DNA of 64,000 bases from an uncultured bacterium (GTDB taxonomy: Bacteria; Verrucomicrobiota; Verrucomicrobiia; Verrucomicrobiales; DEV007): positions 288,001 to 352,000 of the forward strand of contig CAXBMO010000001.1 in assembly GCA_963977015.1 (NCBI GenBank). The letters are read 5' to 3'. Of the stretch, positions 51,971 through 61,617 are shown piece after piece; position 1 is the stretch's first letter, and the number at the start of each line of letters is the position of its first letter. The notes beneath the pieces were generated by a model. That model was not told the origin of the DNA and did no database searches. It worked only from the letters and a program-made list of their open reading frames with translations. The position numbers and the translations under genes are program-made.

Positions 51971-52016
51971 TCTGTTGTTGATCTTGGTTCCACGGGGGCG
52001 AGCCCCTGTGGTGACC
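51971..52016 (-). repeat. Right inverted repeat with REP-like hairpin
   Basis: Reverse complement reads GGTCACCACAGGGGCTCGCCCCCGTGGAACCAAGATCAACAACAGA. Confidence 0.88.
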
Positions 52017-52258
52017 AGTTCGAAGACGGGACTAACAAAACCCCGCTTTGAATCGCGCTTTGGCATTTTCTCCGCGTGGGCGTGATCTCACCCACGTCCG
52101 GCAAATGAGCAAGTTTGGAGAATCTCGCCACCGAAAAGGAGTGCATGAAACGGATGGATGGGCGAAACGGGGCTTAAAGCTCCGAAACGCAAAGCCCGGG
52201 CGATCACGCCTGGGCAACGTCAGGCCGCTCTTGTTTTGGGGGCCGCAAGCGTGAATCG

Positions 52259-54106
52259 TCAATCCACATAGACAAACTGGCTGGAGTTGAACAGAACCAC
52301 GGCGAGATCGGCGAGGGCGAGCTTCCGGGCGTCCTTTTGGGATTGACGTGATGCCAGGCGTTCGGCAACGAAGGCTTCCGCTCCGGCGAGTTGATCCGCA
52401 GAAACCGGCTGCGCCCAAACCCGCTCCATCATGGAACGAACGGCATTCCCGGGATCCTCGGCCATGGCGCGAAGTGCGAGATAGCGCGCCTGCTTGTTGA
52501 CGAATTCGTCGTTGAGCAGGGCGAGGGCCTGGGTTGGCGTGGTGCTGGAGAAGCGGACCGCGCAACTGAGCGTGGCGTCGGGCGCGTCGAAGAGCGTGAG
52601 CATGGGCATCGGCAACTGGCGCTTGAGATAGACGTAGACGCTGCGGCGCCAGTGTTGCGGCGATTCCTGTTCGATTTTGGGCCAACCGTTCCGTTTGCTT
52701 TGATCGAGGATTTCAGGCGGAACGCGGGGCTTGATGCCCGGACCGCCCATTTTCAGATTCAAGTTTCCGCTCGCGGCGAGGATGCCATCTCGGATGACTT
52801 CAGCCTGGAGGCGATGCGGTGGGTAGCGCCACAATTTCCGGTTCTCCGGATCGGTCCGGGCGGCGGATTCTCGAAACACGGAGTCCTGCTGATAAGTTCG
52901 GGATAGGACAATCCGTTTGTGAAGCGGCTTGAGGCGGCCGCCGTTGTCGCGCAGTTCGCAGGCCAGCCAATCCAGCAGTTCCGGATGCGTCGGACGCGAG
53001 CCGCTCTCGCCGAGATTACTGGGCGTATCGACCAGGCCGTGTCCAAAGTGATATTGCCAAACCCGGTTTGCCATGACTCGCCAGGTCAGTGGGTTTTCGG
53101 GCGATGCAATCCAATCCGCGAGCGCCGTGCGGCTTCCTCCGGCAAACTCAGCCGCAAAATGGCTGAGCACTTCGGGCACGCCGGGTGCCACGATTTCCCC
53201 CGGGGTTTGGGGATTGCCGCGGAGGAGGACTCGCGTTACCTCCGGTTTTTCAGATCCATTCGTGAGTGCGCGAATGTGAGGCTCTTTCGACAGTTTGTTT
53301 TTTGCCCGGGGGCGGGGCGGGATCAGCGTCGGTGTGCTGAGCTGTTGATTCTTGAACGGCACGTAGGCGGGAACCGTGGGGGCAAAAACCGCAAGCATTT
53401 GGTAGTAGTCGGTCGCGGTGAAGGGCTCGGTTTTATGGTCGTGACATCGCGCGCATTGAATCGTCTGACCGAGAAAAACCTGGGACGTTGTCGCGAGGAT
53501 GTCGTCCAGTTGATCGAGCTTGTAGAGTTCCAGTTCGTTCGATGCGATGTTCTCCTCGTTGGAGGGACCATTTCGGCAAAAGCCGGTCGCGATCCAGGCC
53601 TCCGGGTTTGTCGGGGCGATCTCGTCGCCGGCCAGTTGCTCGCGAAGAAACTGCCCATACGGTTTGTCGGCGTTGAAGCTGGCGATGACATAATCGCGAT
53701 ACCGCCAGGCATGGGGCCGGTCGCTGTCCTCGTGCAGGCCGTTGGAATCCGCGTAGCGCGCGAGGTCCAGCCAATGCCGTCCCCAGCGTTCGCCATATTG
53801 CGGGCGCGAGAGCAAGTCATCGACGATCGCCTCAAACCGTTCCGGTGACGGGTCCTCGGCAAATTCCGTTGATTCCTCGGGAGTGGGAGGCAGCCCGGTC
53901 AAGTCGAGAAAGATCCGGCGAAGAAGTCGATGAGGTTGGGCTGGTGGCGAAGGTTCCAGGTTTGCCGCGCGCAATTCCTGCTCAATGAACTGATCCACGC
54001 TTTCGCCGTCAGGACGGTTCAAAGGCTCGAAAGCCCAGTGTCCTTCCTCGCCAAAACTGAAGGCGACTGAACCTAGGTACAGACAAAGAAAGTGGTGGGG
54101 TTTCAC
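52259..54106 (-). CDS. DUF1549/DUF1553 (PSD1) domain protein
   Basis: 'HWAF', 'YGERWGRHWLDLARYADS', 'CARCHDHK', 'NPLTWRVMANRVWQYHFG', 'PTHPELLDWLA' and 'RRSVY'. GTG start at 54106 is tentative. Confidence 0.9.
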   Translation of the reverse strand: MKPHHFLCLYLGSVAFSFGEEGHWAFEPLNRPDGESVDQFIEQELRAANLEPSPPAQPHRLLRRIFLDLTGLPPTPEESTEFAEDPSPERFEAIVDDLLSRPQYGERWGRHWLDLARYADSNGLHEDSDRPHAWRYRDYVIASFNADKPYGQFLREQLAGDEIAPTNPEAWIATGFCRNGPSNEENIASNELELYKLDQLDDILATTSQVFLGQTIQCARCHDHKTEPFTATDYYQMLAVFAPTVPAYVPFKNQQLSTPTLIPPRPRAKNKLSKEPHIRALTNGSEKPEVTRVLLRGNPQTPGEIVAPGVPEVLSHFAAEFAGGSRTALADWIASPENPLTWRVMANRVWQYHFGHGLVDTPSNLGESGSRPTHPELLDWLACELRDNGGRLKPLHKRIVLSRTYQQDSVFRESAARTDPENRKLWRYPPHRLQAEVIRDGILAASGNLNLKMGGPGIKPRVPPEILDQSKRNGWPKIEQESPQHWRRSVYVYLKRQLPMPMLTLFDAPDATLSCAVRFSSTTPTQALALLNDEFVNKQARYLALRAMAEDPGNAVRSMMERVWAQPVSADQLAGAEAFVAERLASRQSQKDARKLALADLAVVLFNSSQFVYVD

Positions 54107-54447
54107 AATCGGGAAAGGAGTCGCGGAACCCGACGGCAAGCAAGGATAAAATTGAATGACAGACCACGTCGCGCGAGCGCGCAACGATCGGAGATTGGCC
54201 CAAAACGCAGGCTGGTGCGGTGACCGGCGTTAGCTGGACAAGTAATTGAACTCGGTGAAAATCAGGGGATTGGTGGTGCCGGAGACGAAGCGGGATAAGG
54301 AAAAGTCGCAGAAATGACAAGCCTCTTCGAGAAAGCTGCCGCCAAATCGGGACGCTCAAAAATGTCAGCGGCAACAGAGGGCAAATTGATGCGATTTTGC
54401 TTCATTAGTAATTGTGGTTTTTATAAGATGAGGGACTGTTAAGGACA

Positions 54448-54846
54448 TTGAACCCGGGAAATTCCATTTCGAAGAAGGTGCGGAAGCGAGGCATGAGTCT
54501 CGTCGAGATGCTGATTGTGGTTTCGATCATTGGAATCATCAATGCGATCGTCATTGTTCCCTACACGAAGGTTACCAAGGAACGCACGGACCGGGCGCGG
54601 GATCGGGTGAATGCACAGCAGATTGTTTCCATGGCGCAATCCGCCAGCGCTGCGGGATTGACCGTTGTGGTTGAAGGTGATCTCGACTCGACTCTGGATT
54701 TGATTGTGACAGGGGGAACCTCTTCCGAAGGTGTTTTTGCCGGGACGACCTTTTCACTCGAAGGGATGGACGAAAGCTCCGTGGAGAGAGCCAAGAGCTA
54801 TATTGTCTTGGATGGAGGCGCGTTGGTCTACGATCCAAAGTATTGA
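54448..54846 (+). CDS. Type IV pilin/pseudopilin-like protein (prepilin N-methylation signal)
   Basis: Basic leader followed by 'G|MSLVEMLIVVSIIGII' with Glu at +5. Confidence 0.85.
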   Translation: MNPGNSISKKVRKRGMSLVEMLIVVSIIGIINAIVIVPYTKVTKERTDRARDRVNAQQIVSMAQSASAAGLTVVVEGDLDSTLDLIVTGGTSSEGVFAGTTFSLEGMDESSVERAKSYIVLDGGALVYDPKY

Positions 54847-54967
54847 AACTTGGGGGCTCGTTTCCCCAAATGGAGAAGGAATCCGGCCACATTCCCATTT
54901 GCATTCATTCTCGGAAGTCCTAGTAGCTGGGCGACGTCGCAACCGCTTTTCCCTGCTCCTCTGCTGA

Positions 54968-56275
54968 ATGAACCGCAATATTCCGCTCTTTATCGCGTTT
55001 CGCCTGCTCTTCAACGCGCGATTCTACTATCCCATTTTTGCGGTGATCCAGCTCGATTACGGGCTGAGTATGGCACAGTTTGCGATTCTCAATGCCGTTT
55101 GGGCGGTGTCGATCGTCCTTCTTGAAGTTCCCTCGGGTGCCTTGGCGGATCGCCTGGGACGCAAGAAAATGGTGGTGGGGGCAGCTGGCCTCATGGTTCT
55201 GGAGATGGCGGTGATTGCGTTTGTCCCGCTCGGCAACAACATGATCGTATTCTGGGCGTGGGTGATTAACCGGATTCTCTCCGGAGCGGCTGAAGCTTCT
55301 GCGAGTGGCGCGGATGAGGCGCTGGCCTATGATTCGATTCCGAAGGAGGAGCAAACGAGGCTTTGGCCCAGGGTGTTGGCCCGCTTGATGACTCTCTCGT
55401 CGGTCGCGTTTGTGATCGCGATGCTGGTCGGTTCCGCCGTTTACGATGCGAACCTGGTGAACCGGGCTCTCGATTGGCTTGGGTTCGAATCGCAGCTGGA
55501 GAAGGAGGTCGTCATGCGATTTCCGGTTTACCTGACGTTGGTGACGGGAATCTGCGCCTTGTTCGTGAGTTTGGCGATGAAGGAGCCGGCTGCGGAGGAG
55601 GCGAATGAAGAAAAGAGCCACTCGATGTGGGGCGATATCTTGGCCGCCGGGAAATGGATTCTCGGGACGCCCATCGTGCTGCTACTGATCCTCACGGCCT
55701 TGGTCCACGACAGCGTGGCTCGCCTCTTTCTCGTTTCTGCTTCGGAATATTATCGATTGATCGAGATTCCGGTCGCGTGGTTTGGCGTGATTGGGGCCGG
55801 TTTTGCCGCGTTGGGGATGTTCACGCCGAAGATCGCGCAATGGCTGGCGGTCAATCGGCCCATCCATCGCAATTTTCTCACGGTTTCCCTGGCAACGATG
55901 CTCGGTTTGATCGGGGTTTCGCTTGCGGTCCCGTATTGGGGCGTCGCCATGGTCGCGTTTTTCGGGATCGGGTTTGGGCTCCTCAATTTCTTCATGTCGC
56001 ACTACCTCAACGCGGAGGTCGATTCCAAACGGCGAGCCACAGTGTTGAGTTTCAAGGGGCTGGCGCTGAATTTGGGATTCGGCGGCCTGAGCATGCTTTA
56101 CGGTGGGATTCTGCGATTTTTGCGTTCGAAGGAAGGTGCGGGAGCCGAAGCCGACACGGCGTTTCGCGAGAGCCTGTTCTGGCTGCCCGGGATTTTTCTG
56201 GTGCTGTTTGTCGCGCTGGCCCTGGTTGTCTGGAGCAAACGTGGCCAGATAAACGTTGCGACCGGGACGCCCTGA
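54968..56275 (+). CDS. MFS transporter
   Basis: Motif A 'EVPSGALADRLGRK'; about 12 TM; 'RATVLS'. Confidence 0.92.
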   Translation: MNRNIPLFIAFRLLFNARFYYPIFAVIQLDYGLSMAQFAILNAVWAVSIVLLEVPSGALADRLGRKKMVVGAAGLMVLEMAVIAFVPLGNNMIVFWAWVINRILSGAAEASASGADEALAYDSIPKEEQTRLWPRVLARLMTLSSVAFVIAMLVGSAVYDANLVNRALDWLGFESQLEKEVVMRFPVYLTLVTGICALFVSLAMKEPAAEEANEEKSHSMWGDILAAGKWILGTPIVLLLILTALVHDSVARLFLVSASEYYRLIEIPVAWFGVIGAGFAALGMFTPKIAQWLAVNRPIHRNFLTVSLATMLGLIGVSLAVPYWGVAMVAFFGIGFGLLNFFMSHYLNAEVDSKRRATVLSFKGLALNLGFGGLSMLYGGILRFLRSKEGAGAEADTAFRESLFWLPGIFLVLFVALALVVWSKRGQINVATGTP

Positions 56276-57652
56276 CTAAAACTCCGCGTGCCGCGGCGTC
56301 CGTGGAAACGGAATGACGTCGCGAATGTTTTCAACGCCGGTCACGAACATGAGCATCCGCTCGAATCCGAGGCCGAAACCGGCATGGGGAACGGTTCCAT
56401 AGCGCCGGAGATCCAGATACCACCAGTAATCGTCCGGATTTAAGCCGTGATCCTTCATGTTTTGCTCCAGCACATCGTGCCGTTCTTCCCGCTGACTACC
56501 GCCGATGATTTCACCGATGTGAGGAACGAGCAGGTCCATCGCGGTTACAGTTTCGCGGTCACCCCCTTCGTCATTGCTGCGCATGTAGAAAGGTTTGATG
56601 GCTTTCGGGTAGTTGAAGAGCGTCACCGGGCTCTTGAAATGTTCTTCGCTCAAAAAGTGTTCGTGTTCACTTTGCAAATTGATGCCCCATTCCACCGGGA
56701 ACTCGAATTTCTGTCCCGATTTGATGAGGATGTCGACCGCGTCGGTATAGCTCAGGCGCTCGAACGTTTTTTCCTGGAGTTGTTGCAGGCGGGGAAGCAG
56801 GCCTTTGTCGACAAAGTTCCCGAAAAACTCGAGGTCTTCCCCGCAGTTCTCGAGAATGTCGTTCACGAGGAATTTGATCATTTCCTCGGCCAAATCCATA
56901 TCGCCTTCGAGGTCGCAAAACGCCATTTCCGGCTCGATCATCCAGAATTCAGCGGCGTGGCGGCTCGTGTTGGAGTTTTCCGCGCGAAAGGTCGGGCCAA
57001 AGGTGTAGATGTTGCTGAGCGCGCAGGCATAGGTTTCCCCCTCAAGCTGGCCGCTCACCGTCAGGTAGGTCGGCTTGCCGAAGAAATCGAGTTCCCCCGC
57101 GTTTTTGGCGGCCATTCCCTTGGCATCGAGCGTGGTGACGCGGAACATTTCGCCCGCGCCTTCGCAATCGCTCGAGGTGATGATGGGGGTGTGAACGTAG
57201 ACGAAATGGCGTTCCTGAAAGAATTGATGGACCGCATAGGCGAGGCGGCTTCGAACGCGGAAGACCGCACCGAGGAGGTTCGTTCGCGGACGCAAATGGG
57301 CGATCTCGCGAAGGAACTCGCGGGAATGGCGCTTTTTCTGGAGCGGGTAGGTTTCGTCTGCGTTTCCGAGAATCTCGACCCGGGACGCCTGGATTTCCCA
57401 CGTTTGGCCTTTGCCCTGACTCTTCACCATTTTCCCTTCGATCGAGACCGACGCGCCGGTCTGAACATGAGCAATCTCGGACTCGTAGTTCGGCAGATCG
57501 GCATCGGCAATGATTTGCAGACCGGTGAGGCATGAACCGTCGTTGATCTCCAAAAACGAGAACGTTTTCGAATCACGGCGAGTGCGAACCCAGCCGTGAA
57601 TCGTGACCGATTCTTCCGGTTTTTCGGCGGCGAGAAGTGCTTTGATTCTCAT
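56276..57652 (-). CDS. asnS: Asparagine--tRNA ligase
   Basis: 'GWVRTRR', 'YLTVSGQL', '[21 protein letters not shown]' and '[11 protein letters not shown]'. Confidence 0.97.
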   Translation of the reverse strand: MRIKALLAAEKPEESVTIHGWVRTRRDSKTFSFLEINDGSCLTGLQIIADADLPNYESEIAHVQTGASVSIEGKMVKSQGKGQTWEIQASRVEILGNADETYPLQKKRHSREFLREIAHLRPRTNLLGAVFRVRSRLAYAVHQFFQERHFVYVHTPIITSSDCEGAGEMFRVTTLDAKGMAAKNAGELDFFGKPTYLTVSGQLEGETYACALSNIYTFGPTFRAENSNTSRHAAEFWMIEPEMAFCDLEGDMDLAEEMIKFLVNDILENCGEDLEFFGNFVDKGLLPRLQQLQEKTFERLSYTDAVDILIKSGQKFEFPVEWGINLQSEHEHFLSEEHFKSPVTLFNYPKAIKPFYMRSNDEGGDRETVTAMDLLVPHIGEIIGGSQREERHDVLEQNMKDHGLNPDDYWWYLDLRRYGTVPHAGFGLGFERMLMFVTGVENIRDVIPFPRTPRHAEF

Positions 57653-57814
57653 GATGCTAGGTTGGATCAGGTTTGGTCCTGACACAATGCCCAAAATATC
57701 CGGCGATGTGTTAGAATTGGTGGTCGAAACTTAGGAAAGGCAAGATTTCGAAAAATTCGAAGCAGATGGCATTGCACCTTTGCAGCATCCAGATATTCTG
57801 CAGGTTCAAATCTC

Positions 57815-60529
57815 ATGCCTCAACTCGTGTTCCGATACGACGATGGCGGGGAAGACGTGTTCGCCCTGAATGCTGATCAAATCGGCATTGGACGCGATCC
57901 GGACAACCCCATCGTCATCAACAACGATTTCGTCTCAACCCACCATGCCCGGTTGAAACGGGAGGAAGATGGTGCCTACAGCCTGTTCGACCTGGGGTCG
58001 AACAATGGAACCTTCGTAAACGACCGCGCCATCAGCAGCGTGAAGCTGAACGATGGGGACGTGATTCGTTTTGGGGCGTGTGAGGTTTCCTATGTCGAAG
58101 ACGACTCAGAGCAAGAGGCGGTTCAGGAAAAGCTGAAAACCACGCAGCGGATTACACTGGAGGCTTTGGCCCAGCAAAGTGCAGGGTATTGGAGCGCCAC
58201 GGTTGAGAACAAACGCAAGGAACTCGATTCCCTGGAACGGCGGATTCTTGAATTGGAGCAGGAGCGGGACGAGGCGCGAGCTGAGGCCACGCGCAATCAG
58301 GGCGAGGATTCAGCTCGCAAAGGCAAGGAACTCAGTGCGGAGATCTCCCGGTTGGAGGAAAAGCGGGAGGAGGTTCAGGACACGTTGCTGAAGAAAAGCG
58401 AGCGACTCGAAGAATTGGTCGAAACGGAGATTCCGTCCGCGAAAGAAGAGTTGGAGGGCGTGCGTCGCGATATTGTCGCCGCGGCGAGCGAACTTCGGGA
58501 TCTGCAAACCCGGATCAACGAAGCGAAGGCGCAGATCGAGAATGTCGCCCAGTTGGAAGATCAGACCCGGAAGCTGCAGAGCAAAGTCGATAGCCTCTAT
58601 CGCGAACATGACGCGAAGAAAGTCGCGCTGGGCTCAACCTCCGACGATTTGGTGCGCAACGAAACCAAGTTGGAGGAGATGCGACGCGAACTGGAGGAGA
58701 TCAAGGTCGCGGAAAAGGCATCAGTCGATCTTCGCGAAGAGGCGGACAGAGATCACCGGCAATTGGTGGAGCAGAATACGGAATTGCGAGCCGCCATTAA
58801 GGACAACGAGGCGCAGTTGGCGCAGTTGGCGGAGCAAGCCAGAATCGCGCAGGAGAAACAGAATGAGCTCGAGGCGAAAAACGATCAGATCACGGGACAG
58901 ATTTCGCGTGCGGAAGACAAGCTTTTAGCGGTCGAAGCCAAACTGGAAGGGAGCTTCGAAGGTTGGGATGAGTTTGAGAAGAGCCAGCTTCATCAAATCG
59001 TTGAGCGCAAGAATCAGATTTCAGAAGAGTGTACCACGACGGAGAAGAAACTCGTCAGCGCGAAGAACGAGTTGGACGACGTGAGAAGCAGGATCCGCAT
59101 GGAGGCTGAGGAAGCGGAGGAGGCGCTCGAAGATTTGCGGATCAACCATTACGAGCCAACTCAGGAACTTCACGAAGAGTTGACCTTGCGCAACGAGGAC
59201 CTCGCAAATGAGATTGCTCATCGCGAACGGCATCTGGATGAGCTGCGCTATTCCATTCAGGAGAGCGAGGAAACCGAGCGCATCGTGACGCACACTCTGA
59301 CTTCAAAAGGAGAAGCGTTGGCCCGATTGGAGCAGCGAGTTGGTGAGGAAGTCGAGAAGATCGAAAAAGCGGTCTCAAGTCGGCATCGGCCGGTTGATAC
59401 CAACAATCCGCCGCGGAAACTGGAATTATCCCGCCGGGTTCTCGGGATCGGACCGCCATCTGTCAATGGCACTGACGTGAACGGCCATCACCGGGTTCAT
59501 TTGACCGTTTTTGATCCCCATAGCCCCGTGGCGCCGATCGACTTTTCGGAAACTGGCTTCACCAGTATCGACCAAACCCCGCTTCCCGTCGGATTCGAGG
59601 GATTGGCGGCGGCCACAGGAGGGGCATTGATGACTTCACTCGCCCAAACTGTGCAGTTGGGAAGACCGGTCCTTTTCGTTCCGGGCGAAAGCCTGGAGAT
59701 GAATACTTCCACCATGAAAAAACTCCGTTCAGCGATGCCGCATCAGGTGATTCTGCTGGGGTGGAAGCCGGAGACGTTCAGCAGCATGACGAAAACGCTG
59801 GATGAGGACGCGCATTTCCAGGACCTCACCGCATTGATGTCTCTTTCCGATGGGAGCCTGACGACCGATTCCTATATGAGCGTCTTTTTTGAATCGTTGA
59901 TTCAGGGGAATCGGTTTCTGCATTTGCCTCCGGCACTTCCTTGGAATCCGCGTTCCCAATTGCGTTTTGAGGAGCGGATGGGAATCTACATCGACGCTGC
60001 GGAGTTTCGTCCCGAGAACTTGGAGCACCAGGCGCTTGTCACGGAATTAAAGGAGATCGTGCAGGCTTCCCGGCAAATGCTCACCGTTCAGGAATTGCCG
60101 GAGCACTCCATGAAAACCCTGATGGATTTGCTCGAATTGGGAAGTGACTGGATCACGGTCGTTCCTGAGCCAACCTACAAGGATCGTCTTTCAATTCTCG
60201 GGCAGCACCTCGCGATCGTTACCTTTGAAGTGCTCGACTTTCATTCGACCACGCTCCGTGACGCATTGCTGGCGCAAACCCTCCTGATTGCCCGGGAGAC
60301 AACTGCGCTCCAGACCTTCTTCCCGGAGATTGTTTCTGGAGGTGCGAGTGACCATGCCCTGCCGGCGCCCAGCCAGATTGTGCCGCTGTTTGAGCAGGCC
60401 GACAAATTCAACTTGGTCATGAATCAGGCGGAGCGAAAGCTACTCGACGAGTATTCCTATCAGGCAGCAGCGCGGAAGTTGGACCAATTTGTGGCTGACT
60501 TGGAACGCCAGACCGCCAAGAGCATTTAA
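57815..60529 (+). CDS. FHA domain + long coiled coil + uncharacterised C-terminal alpha/beta domain
   Basis: FHA 'IGR......VS.HHA....DLGSNNGTFVN'; about 400 aa of Glu/Lys/Leu-rich heptads; globular C-terminus. Confidence 0.85.
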   Translation: MPQLVFRYDDGGEDVFALNADQIGIGRDPDNPIVINNDFVSTHHARLKREEDGAYSLFDLGSNNGTFVNDRAISSVKLNDGDVIRFGACEVSYVEDDSEQEAVQEKLKTTQRITLEALAQQSAGYWSATVENKRKELDSLERRILELEQERDEARAEATRNQGEDSARKGKELSAEISRLEEKREEVQDTLLKKSERLEELVETEIPSAKEELEGVRRDIVAAASELRDLQTRINEAKAQIENVAQLEDQTRKLQSKVDSLYREHDAKKVALGSTSDDLVRNETKLEEMRRELEEIKVAEKASVDLREEADRDHRQLVEQNTELRAAIKDNEAQLAQLAEQARIAQEKQNELEAKNDQITGQISRAEDKLLAVEAKLEGSFEGWDEFEKSQLHQIVERKNQISEECTTTEKKLVSAKNELDDVRSRIRMEAEEAEEALEDLRINHYEPTQELHEELTLRNEDLANEIAHRERHLDELRYSIQESEETERIVTHTLTSKGEALARLEQRVGEEVEKIEKAVSSRHRPVDTNNPPRKLELSRRVLGIGPPSVNGTDVNGHHRVHLTVFDPHSPVAPIDFSETGFTSIDQTPLPVGFEGLAAATGGALMTSLAQTVQLGRPVLFVPGESLEMNTSTMKKLRSAMPHQVILLGWKPETFSSMTKTLDEDAHFQDLTALMSLSDGSLTTDSYMSVFFESLIQGNRFLHLPPALPWNPRSQLRFEERMGIYIDAAEFRPENLEHQALVTELKEIVQASRQMLTVQELPEHSMKTLMDLLELGSDWITVVPEPTYKDRLSILGQHLAIVTFEVLDFHSTTLRDALLAQTLLIARETTALQTFFPEIVSGGASDHALPAPSQIVPLFEQADKFNLVMNQAERKLLDEYSYQAAARKLDQFVADLERQTAKSI

Positions 60530-60628
60530 AGGGGAGGGGAGCCAGGGAACTCTTCCTCCGGCGGAGCCGCGCTCGTCCTGATCCCCGGTCAAGTTCATTG
60601 GCTACGGGTTTTCTTGAACTGCTCGAGA

Positions 60629-61150
60629 CTAGTCGAGCCCCAGTTTTCGAAGCTTGGGGGGAATGAGGGCGTTGCAGTATGGCTGATTGGGGTTCAACCG
60701 GAAAAAATCCTGGTGATATTCCTCTGCTGGCCAAAACTGCGAAGCTGGAGAGATTTCCGTCACAATAGGATTCTCAAATTGACCTGAGGCAGCTTCTTTC
60801 GCCTTCTGGGCAACATCGCGCTGGGATTCAGAATGGTAAAAGATCGCCGACCGGTATTGGGAGCCGACGTCGTTCCCCTGGCGATTGAGAGTCGTTGGAT
60901 CATGTAGCTGCCAAAACCACTCGAGGAGCTTCGCAAAAGAGATGGTCGCGGGATCAAAGGTAACTTGCACGACTTCTGCGTGACCCGTTTGGCCGGTGCA
61001 GACAGCCTTGTAGGTTGGATTGGTGATGGCGCCACCCATGTAGCCACTGGTGACGTCGGAAACGCCTTCGAGTCGCTCAAAGATGGCTTCAACACACCAA
61101 AAGCAACCGGCGCCCAAGGTCGCGATCTCAGTAGGAGAATCTTCGTTCAT
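60629..61150 (-). CDS. msrA: Methionine-S-sulfoxide reductase
   Basis: 'GCFWC', 'TGHAEVVQ', 'HDPTTLNRQGNDVG.QYRS' and 'AEEYHQ'. Confidence 0.96.
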   Translation of the reverse strand: MNEDSPTEIATLGAGCFWCVEAIFERLEGVSDVTSGYMGGAITNPTYKAVCTGQTGHAEVVQVTFDPATISFAKLLEWFWQLHDPTTLNRQGNDVGSQYRSAIFYHSESQRDVAQKAKEAASGQFENPIVTEISPASQFWPAEEYHQDFFRLNPNQPYCNALIPPKLRKLGLD

Positions 61151-61349
61151 TCATCCAAGGAAGCCTTGGAATGAAAGTGTTCGCAACCATTTGAGCTGAT
61201 AAAATGTCTTATCTACTTGATTTTTTATAAATACTATTTAAACCGTTCTGAGTAGTTGATTTTAGCTGTTTGAAAAATAACAGAAAGTTAATTGACTTAA
61301 ATAGGATAAGAATGCCATTCTTTTCAAGACATAACGACCCAATAGCCAG

Positions 61350-61559
61350 ATGGCCCGCGCGAAAAATCTGGTCGAGGCAGTGCAGATCACAGTTTCGACC
61401 ACTCCACAGATCCGTGATTTCCTTGAGGAACTCACCGGAACTGGCCTTTACGGAAAAAATGTCGCCGAGACGGCGAACATTTTACTTGGAGAAAGGATTC
61501 GCGATTTGAGGAAATCTGGTGAACTAGGTCGTGACCCTAACACTGAAACAAATACCTAG
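61350..61559 (+). CDS. Small putative ribbon-helix-helix DNA-binding protein
   Basis: Beta-strand-like 'VQITVS', helix 'PQIRDFLEEL', turn 'TGLYG', helix 'VAETANILL'; preceded by an AT-rich promoter-like region. Confidence 0.6.
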   Translation: MARAKNLVEAVQITVSTTPQIRDFLEELTGTGLYGKNVAETANILLGERIRDLRKSGELGRDPNTETNT

Positions 61560-61617
61560 GAGCGTGTGCGCAGATTTAACTATCTAAAGAAGAACCACTT
61601 ACGCCACACACACACCA

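Larger units (their letters stand above)
51016..52016. mobile_element. IS200/IS605- or REPtron-like element: Y1 transposase-like gene between hairpin-containing inverted repeats
   Basis: 46-bp terminal inverted repeats (40/46 identical), four hairpins, an internal HUH/Y1 ORF and no visible target-site duplication. Confidence 0.78.

Noticed and set aside
51016-52016. Hairpin repeats as a CRISPR array, or the element as a TnpB/IscB (OMEGA) system
   Set aside because: The repeats are inverted and few, with no regular spacers. No cas gene or RuvC/zinc-finger ORF is nearby.
52017-52258. Possible remainder of the TIR gene or a small ORF right of the element; GC hairpin near 52194-52215
   Set aside because: No TIR-like continuation is seen in the frames next to the repeat. 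The hairpin differs from the element's hairpins and has no clear U-tract.
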